Positions 1-5,394 of a DNA stretch of 5,914 bases are shown here, piece by piece (within the stretch, counting starts at the first letter, position 1; every line of letters begins with the position of its first letter). Under the pieces are notes generated by a model, which was not told the DNA's origin, ran no database searches, and saw only the letters and a program-made list of their open reading frames with translations. A program made the position numbers and the translations under genes. Location of the stretch: the IMG/VR virus record IMGVR_UViG_3300029566_000105, positions 1-5,914 of that record. One strand, 5' to 3'. The stretch is from a virus.

Positions 1-752
1 CCTAGTCCCGGCTTTAAGCTCATGCATGCAAAAGGTTTTTGCTGTCCTAGTTCGTAGTATGCGTTGGCTTTTTTTCCGTCTATCTCGTACATTTTTTTTG
101 TGACGTATCCCGCAACATATCTGTATGTTTCTGGTACTGCTTGTGCTATTTGGATTTGACCCATGCCCCATAGGTCTTCTAGCCATTTGCTGGTATAGTA
201 TCCGTTGTGATGGATTTTATATAGGTGTTCAAGGTCTGTTGGTTTCCACCCATATAGTATCATGTGGTAATGTGGTCTTGCTGTCTGCTCTCCGTACTCT
301 CCCGCTACAAAATAGCGTAATTTGCCCCTGTAAGCCTTTCTGAGCCGTTTTAAGAATTTTTGAATGTCTGGATACAGTAATGTTTGGACGCTTTCTGGGG
401 CCTTCTCTCCCGGCTTCCAGACGTATTGTACTTTTCTCATGATTTCGCCTGTTTTGAGTATCATACCCGGTACGTGTTCGTCATCGTATGTTAGCGTTAT
501 GAACCACACCTCTTCTTTTAGATATTGTCTTGCTTCCAGTTCTATTCTTGTTGTCCAGTCTTCACGCTGTCTAATTCTGCATCCGATGCACTGTCCGCAT
601 GGTATTAGCATTACCTTTGGATTATACATCAAATCTTCATACTTTAGCTGCTTTCCACAGATTTGAGAAAAGCGGACAAGTGAATACACTCGTCCGCTTA
701 TTTCTTTGTTATCTGGGTTGTACAGCCTGATTAATGGCTTGTAACAACTCAT
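1..752 (-). CDS. Replication initiation protein VP4, N-terminal part. This is a phiX174 gpA-like HUH rolling-circle Rep. The ORF starts at the ATG at 752-750 and runs off the window start. It continues across the circular junction into 5548-5815, for 339 aa in total.
   Basis: My manual minus-strand translation from 752 gives MSCYKPLIRLYNPDNKEISGRVFTCPLFSQICGKQLKYEDLMYNPKVMLIPCGQCIGCRIRQREDWTTRIELEARQYLKEEVWFITLTYDD...ARPHYHMILYGWKPTD...YRYVAGYVTKKMYEIDG... with no stop down to position 1. It is in frame with the 119-aa ORF at 5548-5907; the Met at 5907-5905 equals 92-90. It carries RCR motif 1 (FITLTY), motif 2 (HYHMILY) and motif 3 with paired catalytic Tyr (YVAGYVTKK; compare phiX174 A YVAKYVNKK). 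It also has a CGQCIGC Cys cluster typical of microvirus Rep. The start ATG overlaps the VP2 stop (ATGA). An SD-like AGGTGA sits 9 nt upstream. Confidence 0.92.
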   Translation of the reverse strand, partial: MSCYKPLIRLYNPDNKEISGRVYSLVRFSQICGKQLKYEDLMYNPKVMLIPCGQCIGCRIRQREDWTTRIELEARQYLKEEVWFITLTYDDEHVPGMILKTGEIMRKVQYVWKPGEKAPESVQTLLYPDIQKFLKRLRKAYRGKLRYFVAGEYGEQTARPHYHMILYGWKPTDLEHLYKIHHNGYYTSKWLEDLWGMGQIQIAQAVPETYRYVAGYVTKKMYEIDGKKANAYYELGQQKPFACMSLKPGL

Positions 753-1618
753 CTTAAGTAATCACCTGGTCTTCTTTTTTCTCCGTAGGAGCCTGTTTTG
801 TTTTGCGGTGCTTGATAGCCGCTTTCATGGCCGCTTTTCCTGTCGCTCTTTTTTGGTACGTTTTTGTCAATTGCTTTGCTTGTGTCGTCTCCAATTTCGG
901 TTAGTGTTTTTTGTAACCCGTATGGACTCATGTGTGTGGTGCTGAGCATTTGCTGCCAGCTTTGTGCTGCGTTGTACCAGTCGCTTTTGCTCCAGCTACT
1001 GCTTTCGTATGCGTTTGGTACAAAACCCCCGCTCCGGCTTACTCCTAGTGCGCTGCTGCTTGCAAGTCCCATGCTTGCTCCGCTGATTGTTGCTCCGCTG
1101 CCGCCTGGTGTGCTTGCACCGCCGTTTGCGAATGCCAAAATCGGGTTTAACCCCGCTTTTTTCATATCTTCTACGGCTCTTTGATATGCTGTGCTACTCA
1201 TGTGCTCTTGCCATTCACGGTTTGCTAGTGCTTCTGCACTGTTGTAGTTCATGGCAACGCTATTTTCGATGTGGTTGTATACACCTTGCATGATTGCCTG
1301 TAAGGTGTTGTACCCCATTTGCTTTAGCATGCTTTGGCTGTTGTATTTGCCTTGCATGGCGCTTTCTTGCCCTTGATACGCGTATGCTTGTTTAAGCCAG
1401 TCGTCAACTTGTTGAACGTTTGTTCCCGCTTGACTTCCGCTTTCGGAGTGTCCGCCGCCTTGCTGTGTGCTTCCGCCGCTGCTTTTGCTGCTTCCTTCTT
1501 GTCCGTATCCACCAAATGCGCCGGTGATATTTTTCGCTGCTCCCGCGAATGTTCCGACTGTGTTAGCTATGTTTCCTGCAACGTTAAGTGCCGTCAAAAA
1601 CGTTGATAATCCCGCCAT
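749..1618 (-). CDS. Minor capsid / DNA pilot protein VP2 (H-like), 289 aa
   Basis: The protein is Gly/Ser/Ala/Gln-rich. It has the conserved ...YQRAVEDMKKAGLNPILAF... segment typical of gokushovirus-type VP2. It lies immediately downstream of the capsid gene. Its stop TGA (751-749) overlaps the VP4 ATG (752-750). Confidence 0.85.
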   Translation of the reverse strand: MAGLSTFLTALNVAGNIANTVGTFAGAAKNITGAFGGYGQEGSSKSSGGSTQQGGGHSESGSQAGTNVQQVDDWLKQAYAYQGQESAMQGKYNSQSMLKQMGYNTLQAIMQGVYNHIENSVAMNYNSAEALANREWQEHMSSTAYQRAVEDMKKAGLNPILAFANGGASTPGGSGATISGASMGLASSSALGVSRSGGFVPNAYESSSWSKSDWYNAAQSWQQMLSTTHMSPYGLQKTLTEIGDDTSKAIDKNVPKKSDRKSGHESGYQAPQNKTGSYGEKRRPGDYLR

Positions 1619-1656
1619 TTAAAAATAGCCCGGGTTTTCCCGGGCTTCCTCCTTTC
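1619..1656 (-). terminator. Intrinsic terminator or attenuator hairpin between VP1 and VP2, read on the minus strand. The stem is GCCCGGG-AAAA-CCCGGGC at 1628-1645, followed by UAUUUUU.
   Basis: It is a perfect 7-bp all-GC stem with a 4-nt loop, followed on the coding strand by TATTTTTAA and then the VP2 ATG. An AGGAGG (1648-1653) sits just 5' of the stem. Confidence 0.5.
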
Positions 1657-3285
1657 TTACAGCTTATACAGGCCAGGTACGCTGTACAACGGCATACGCC
1701 GTACGGTCTTGTTCGCTACTCTGATTGCCCCAAAGAATTGAGGCTCGTCCTGCACAATCAGTGTCCGTGCAATCTCTTCTTTACCTTCGCTCATCCATTC
1801 CTGTGAGAGTGTTGGTACGGCTTTGTAGTTGTCTGCATAGTGCCAAAAGTCCAGCGTTCCGGTTGCGTTGCTTCTCATGAGGCCGCTTACTCGGTTTGGT
1901 TTCATGCGATAGTCCGCCCATGCTTCCTGATAGCCAAACGTCTCTTCGTCCGTTGCTGTACCGGTTAGCATGATTTCCTTTTTCTTTACAGGCTGTTCGC
2001 CTAAGTTGGCAAACTGCGGTACATAATAGTCTAGCCTGTCTTTTCTGGACCAGAACCGCTCAAGTCCCTGTTGGTACGTTCGAGTGTGTCGCACGCACAT
2101 GACGCCAATGACGAATCCGTGCTCCTCAAAGCTCTTTGTGAAGGAGCTTTCGTTGATGGGCGTTACTGACATCGCGCCAGTTTCACCGATGGGTGTGTCA
2201 TTGCCGGTTTGCTGGCCGGATGTCTGTACAATTTGGTTCATGTTGACGTGATAGCGTCCGCCGCCTAGATACTCCGGAATCTGTACGGTTTTGTCACTGA
2301 TAGTTACATCCCACAGTGCCTGTATCTGCTCACGGTATCGGCTGCCGCCTCGTGCCATTGCTTCGTAGTACTGCTGTACTGCAATTGCGTTTCTTAGCTC
2401 GTTGACGGTTGTTGCTGTTACGTTTGACAGGTCTGCACCTAAGAACTTCATTGCGTGCTGCTCTTGGGTCGAGTTTCCGTATATTGCCATGACGTTTTGA
2501 TAGTTTTCTATACTGCCGCTGGCGAGGTTTAACCCAATTCCAGTTGCAGTTTGCTTTGTCAGTTCTGCGTTATCGAACATTTTTGTGGGTGCATTGCCCG
2601 TCATTGGTACGGTTACGTCTGGTCCACGCTGAGGATAAGGCAGACAGCTTGTGAAGTAGTCGTGGAACTTATTTACAGGAAGGCACTCTCCTCCTGTGAT
2701 TGCGTTTTTGAGCACCTCATCGATTGTCTGAATCTCTTTTTGCGCATAGATTTCGTTATCATTGCCTGTCTTTAATACGGCTGCATTTTCTACGTTTTGG
2801 TCTCTGAAAAATTCATTCCAGATTTTTACATAAGCTCTGATGGGGAGAGCATTGATTCTAAACGTTTGCTTAATTTTGGTTGGCACACCCATGTAGTCGA
2901 GGATGCTTTTTTCTTTAGGTTCTCCGTTTCCGCTTCCTGTTATTTTGATTTGTGGTACGCTGTATGTTTTGGTAGGCGCCCACGGTGTTTCTTCTACTTC
3001 GCCCATGAAGTTTTTGAAGCTGTCCCACAGAATGCGGTTTGGACAGTAGAAGTAGTATAGGTCGATGTACGCGTCGTCCATGACTGGATATTTCGGCGTT
3101 GTCATACGGATAATTGCGCTGGTATTTATCTGGAATGTATCGCCCGGCAGCACTTCATCTACGAAGAACGGGATAAGTTTGCCGCTGTCGAATGTGGTTA
3201 AGATTGTCTGGTCGCGGTTGAAGCGCGTTCGGCTTGCGTGCATTTCCGGTACGTTTAGGAAATGTCTTTCATTGTTCCTGTTCAT
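1657..3285 (-). CDS. Major capsid protein VP1 (F-like), 542 aa
   Basis: The N-terminus RFNRDQTILTTFDSGKLIPFFVDEVLPGDTFQIN matches the conserved gokushovirus VP1 N-terminal signature (HFDLS...G.L.P....EV.PGD.F). The size is typical. An SD AAGGGAG lies 9 nt upstream of the ATG at 3285. Confidence 0.93.
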   Translation of the reverse strand: MNRNNERHFLNVPEMHASRTRFNRDQTILTTFDSGKLIPFFVDEVLPGDTFQINTSAIIRMTTPKYPVMDDAYIDLYYFYCPNRILWDSFKNFMGEVEETPWAPTKTYSVPQIKITGSGNGEPKEKSILDYMGVPTKIKQTFRINALPIRAYVKIWNEFFRDQNVENAAVLKTGNDNEIYAQKEIQTIDEVLKNAITGGECLPVNKFHDYFTSCLPYPQRGPDVTVPMTGNAPTKMFDNAELTKQTATGIGLNLASGSIENYQNVMAIYGNSTQEQHAMKFLGADLSNVTATTVNELRNAIAVQQYYEAMARGGSRYREQIQALWDVTISDKTVQIPEYLGGGRYHVNMNQIVQTSGQQTGNDTPIGETGAMSVTPINESSFTKSFEEHGFVIGVMCVRHTRTYQQGLERFWSRKDRLDYYVPQFANLGEQPVKKKEIMLTGTATDEETFGYQEAWADYRMKPNRVSGLMRSNATGTLDFWHYADNYKAVPTLSQEWMSEGKEEIARTLIVQDEPQFFGAIRVANKTVRRMPLYSVPGLYKL

Positions 3286-3677
3286 TCTTCTTTACTCCCT
3301 TCTGCCGGCTCTTCTTTCTGTACTTTGTTTTGCTCTTCCATCTCTTTGAGCTTCATTGCGTTAACTTGCGCCGTTGCCATCATCTGGTGGTACTCGTGGA
3401 TGTTTTGCGGCCAGTTGGTTACATCCATTTCCACGTCGTCCAGTGCGCCCTGTGAGAGACTTTTCAGAAATTCCGGGTCGAAACTTGCCTTTCTTACGAT
3501 GTTTTTGATATCACATTCGTCTGCATAGCTTTCGATTTCGGCCTGAATGTCAATACTTTCAGTTTCCTGTAGGTATTCCTCGCCTTTTTCGTTTTTTGTC
3601 CAGACGTACTGTTTTCGTTCTTTTTCCCCGGGATTCGAAAAGAAGGGCTCTCGCCCTTCCTCGTATCGTTTATTCAT
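3282..3677 (-). CDS. Putative internal scaffolding protein (VP3-like), acidic, about 131 aa. The ORF track's alternative upstream start is at 3731.
   Basis: The ORF lies immediately 5' of VP1, with its TGA stop overlapping the VP1 ATG (ATGA at 3285-3282). It is strongly acidic and helical in character (EIESYADECD...EMEEQNKVQKEEPAEGSKEE). I prefer the start at the ATG at 3677 because an SD GGGAGGG lies 8 nt upstream, and because that ATG overlaps the stop of the preceding ORF (ATGAATAA). The functional call is from size, charge and position only. Confidence 0.42.
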   Translation of the reverse strand: MNKRYEEGREPFFSNPGEKERKQYVWTKNEKGEEYLQETESIDIQAEIESYADECDIKNIVRKASFDPEFLKSLSQGALDDVEMDVTNWPQNIHEYHQMMATAQVNAMKLKEMEEQNKVQKEEPAEGSKEE

Positions 3678-3909
3678 TCGGCTTGCCCTCCCATGCCTTT
3701 TCCTTGTTGTTGGTGAATTCTCCGTTTTCATCGTTGAATTCTGCCAGTTTGTATCCGATGTAGTCCTGAGGACTCTGCCCGATGAAGGTGGTCTTGTCCT
3801 TTTCCATCACATCGCACATCCGTGCAAAGGTTGCGTTGTTTTTGCTTTCGCCTACCCATGCGTAGCATTTTGCTACATTGTCGTAGATACCGTAGTATTC
3901 GTGAATCAT
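3670..3909 (-). CDS. Hypothetical protein, 79 aa
   Basis: The start is an ATG with an SD AAAGGAA 8 nt upstream. It is tightly packed with the neighbouring genes; its stop overlaps the next start. No family is recognised. Confidence 0.45.
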   Translation of the reverse strand: MIHEYYGIYDNVAKCYAWVGESKNNATFARMCDVMEKDKTTFIGQSPQDYIGYKLAEFNDENGEFTNNKEKAWEGKPNE

Positions 3910-3926
3910 CGTTTTTTTCCTTTCTT

Positions 3927-4028
3927 TTACAGGCGGATGCCGCCTCTCATAGGTTTCTGGCTTAAGTTGATGCTTTTGCTTTTTCGTGCAGTTACGTTGA
4001 ACATCCGTTTATCTCGGCTTGGCTTCAT
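3927..4028 (-). CDS. Small, highly basic 33-aa ORF, a candidate J-like DNA-binding/packaging protein. It is not in the ORF track.
   Basis: My translation is MKPSRDKRMFNVTARKSKSINLSQKPMRGGIRL*, with 12 of 33 residues K or R. Its ATG at 4028 lies 4 nt after the stop of the 75-aa ORF, which suggests translational coupling. The size and charge resemble phiX174 J and gokushovirus ORF8-type proteins. No strong SD is present. Confidence 0.35.
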   Translation of the reverse strand: MKPSRDKRMFNVTARKSKSINLSQKPMRGGIRL

Positions 4029-4032
4029 TTTC

Positions 4033-4260
4033 TTACGATATGCCATTTTCGTTATACTCCCTTCTTATGATTTCTATTTCGATTGCTTTTGCAAAGCTTT
4101 TCATTTGCCATATTTCATCTATCAGCCTTTTTGCGTCCTCGATGTTAGATACTTTGCGTAGTATCTTATACTCTCTATCGATTTCTTCGTACTTTTTTGT
4201 TAACAGCTCTTCCAGAGTTTCTTTGGTCTGGTCTCGCACGTTCCATGTTTTGTGCATCAT
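4033..4260 (-). CDS. Hypothetical protein, 75 aa, predicted helical and charged
   Basis: It starts with a tandem ATG ATG, with an SD AAAGGAA 7 nt upstream. No family is recognised. Confidence 0.45.
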   Translation of the reverse strand: MMHKTWNVRDQTKETLEELLTKKYEEIDREYKILRKVSNIEDAKRLIDEIWQMKSFAKAIEIEIIRREYNENGIS

Positions 4261-4264
4261 GGTT

Positions 4265-4384
4265 TTATTCCTTTTCGTTTTTCATTTCGTCATGTAAGGC
4301 GTGATAGATTTCGTCAAGCTTTTCGAGAATCTGCATCATGATGTGGATTGCCTGTTTGACGTCTTTAATGCTAATCAGTGCCAA
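4265..4384 (-). CDS. Possible TTG-initiated small ORF of about 39 aa (LALISIKDVKQAIHIMMQILEKLDEIYHALHDEMKNEKE)
   Basis: It fills the 126-nt gap between the peptidase and the 75-aa ORF. A GGGGGTG SD-like motif lies 5 nt before the TTG. It is weakly supported. Confidence 0.15.
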   Translation of the reverse strand: MALISIKDVKQAIHIMMQILEKLDEIYHALHDEMKNEKE

Positions 4385-4386
4385 TT

Positions 4387-4776
4387 TTACACCCCCTTTC
4401 TGTATTTTTTAGTTCGCGTGTCGACGTGTACCCATGTGTTGTAAACGATAATGCCGCAACCATTCGGAATGATTTTATTCAGTTTGTTGGCGATTTCTTT
4501 TGCGGTCATGCCTTCAATCCGTATGTCTGCTGCCATTCCTCGCATATGGTATGAGTACTTTGCACCGCCTACCGCTTTATTCCTTGCTGGTGTCCGGTAT
4601 CCGCTGTTTATGTGTACCGGCTTTCCAACTTGGTTTCTTAGGATGTCTAGGATAGATACTAAATAGCTGTCTATAAATACTACCTGTGATCCGTCTTTAC
4701 ATGCGAATTCTCGTACTTTAAAGTGCTGTCCTATTTTTTCATTTGCTTCTGTGTCCATGATATAGCTTTTTATCAT
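4387..4776 (-). CDS. Zinc D,D-/L,D-peptidase of the Peptidase_M15_3 (DUF882-like) type, a probable endolysin, 129 aa. The ORF-track TTG at 4785 is an unlikely start.
   Basis: The motifs are ...HINSGYRTPARNKAVGGAKYSYHMRGMAADIRI...GCGIIVYNTWVHVDTR. SGYR..N..VGG, SxHxxGxAAD and WVHVD are the Zn-ligand and active-site signatures of M15 peptidases. The ATG at 4776 has an SD AAGGAG 9 nt upstream. Confidence 0.85.
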   Translation of the reverse strand: MIKSYIMDTEANEKIGQHFKVREFACKDGSQVVFIDSYLVSILDILRNQVGKPVHINSGYRTPARNKAVGGAKYSYHMRGMAADIRIEGMTAKEIANKLNKIIPNGCGIIVYNTWVHVDTRTKKYRKGV

Positions 4777-4781
4777 TTTCG

Positions 4782-5000
4782 TCAACTCCTTTTTACTACA
4801 GCTACATCCTTTACGAATTTTTTTTCCGCCTTGTACAGTCCGTCTTCGTCCAGTTCGTCTCCTAGTTCGAATACGTATGTTCTGCAGATGATTTTGTCTT
4901 TCTTCTCGAATAGCTTTTCGTATTTGTATTTTCTTGCTATTACGTAACCAAAGTATTTTAGCTCTGCATAATTTTGTTTGCTCATGTAGACTTTTTTCAT
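4782..5000 (-). CDS. Hypothetical protein, 72 aa. It is the first gene after the candidate promoter. The ORF-track GTG start at 5009 is less likely.
   Basis: The ATG at 5000 has an SD GAGGTGA 5 nt upstream. The protein is Lys/Tyr-rich. No family is recognised. Confidence 0.45.
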   Translation of the reverse strand: MKKVYMSKQNYAELKYFGYVIARKYKYEKLFEKKDKIICRTYVFELGDELDEDGLYKAEKKFVKDVAVVKRS

Positions 5001-5026
5001 GGTTTTCACCTCTTCTGCGACTTAAT

Positions 5027-5063
5027 TATCTTAATTATATTGCTTGTTAATAGGCTTTTCCAA
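5027..5063 (-). promoter_or_regulatory. Candidate sigma70-type promoter on the minus strand: -35 TTGGAA (5063-5058), 18-nt spacer, -10 TATAAT (5039-5034)
   Basis: It has a perfect -10 hexamer and a 4/6 -35 hexamer with the correct spacing. It sits about 35 nt upstream of the first gene of the gene block and downstream of the VP4 terminator. Confidence 0.35.
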
Positions 5064-5119
5064 TGTTTTCTGATGATTGTTATAATTTTGTAACCTTTTT
5101 TCTTGCTTCTTTGTTTTGA

Positions 5120-5160
5120 AAGGCGCTTTAGCGCCTTGCCGTGCGTAGCGAATGCGTAGC
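5120..5160. promoter_or_regulatory. Operator-like element: a perfect hairpin AAGGCGC-TTTA-GCGCCTT (5120-5137), then the direct repeat TGCGTAGC-gaa-TGCGTAGC (5142-5160) with 11-bp phasing
   Basis: These were seen directly in the sequence. They are located about 60-100 bp upstream of the candidate -35. Confidence 0.3.
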
Positions 5161-5192
5161 TCGGCCAATCCATTCCTTTCTCGCTTGCGAGT

Positions 5193-5304
5193 TTTCAACA
5201 CTTTCAACACTTTCAACAGGTTTTCAACAAAATGTTGCACAATGATTTTCGTCATTTTGACGAACTTTCAACAATTCAACAAGTTTTCAACAAATCTTTC
5301 AACA
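5193..5304 (+). repeat. Iteron-like array of nine direct copies of TTTCAACA (one is ATTCAACA)
   Basis: Copies are at 5193, 5202, 5211, 5222, 5266, 5274, 5285 and 5297, with a partial copy at 5351, spaced 8-12 bp apart. The array is in two blocks interrupted by the 5248-5264 inverted repeat. The region is non-coding. Confidence 0.8.
5248..5264. repeat. Inverted repeat TTCGTCA-ttt-TGACGAA. Each arm matches the TGNCGAA heptamer (Spo0A 0A-box-like).
   Basis: It is a perfect 7-bp arm palindrome placed in the middle of the iteron array. Confidence 0.5.
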
Positions 5305-5357
5305 TTGTTTTTTGCTTGTTTTTAACGCATTATCGTTTTAAATTTATACTTTTCAAC

Positions 5358-5366
5358 TTTTCCACA
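5358..5366 (+). promoter_or_regulatory. DnaA-box-like 9-mer TTTTCCACA (fits TTWTNCACA)
   Basis: It is an exact match to the relaxed DnaA-box consensus. It lies directly after the last partial iteron. Confidence 0.3.
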
Positions 5367-5370
5367 GCCT

Positions 5371-5385
5371 CTACTACTACTACTA
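5371..5385. repeat. (CTA)5 trinucleotide microsatellite
   Basis: The sequence is CTACTACTACTACTA. Confidence 0.9.
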
Positions 5386-5394
5386 CAACAAGTT

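Noticed and set aside
1324-1515. A 63-aa Lys/Ala-rich ORF embedded in VP2 in another frame, which could be a phiX E/K-style overprinted gene
   Set aside because: Its composition is the trivial consequence of reading the Gly/Ser-rich (GGN/AGC) VP2 sequence out of frame. It has no SD. A dedicated M15 lysis enzyme already exists.
125-1606. Plus-strand ORFs (125-343, 364-666, 864-1184, 1087-1293, 1334-1606 and others) antisense to VP4 and VP2
   Set aside because: Microviridae encode all genes on one strand. These ORFs lack an SD or start context, and their composition is what is expected from the complement of real genes. The same applies to the plus-strand ORFs at 2551-3528 and 3547-4947, which are antisense to VP1 and the accessory genes.
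3931-3947. GGCGG-ATG-CCGCC hairpin as a terminator
   Set aside because: On the coding strand it is not followed by a U-tract. The T-run precedes it. It is more likely an mRNA stability or structure element at the end of the J-like ORF.
5031-5255. A 74-aa minus-strand ORF (MTKIIVQHFVENLLKVLKVLK...) in the intergenic region
   Set aside because: It has no SD. It lies upstream of, and partly overlaps, the candidate promoter. Its repetitive LKVLKVLK segment is simply the translation of the TTTCAACA iterons. It is most likely spurious.
5193-5304. Possibility that the short direct repeats are a CRISPR array
   Set aside because: The repeats are only 8 nt long with 0-3 nt between copies. There are no spacers of defined length, no leader and no cas genes. 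They are iterons, not CRISPR.
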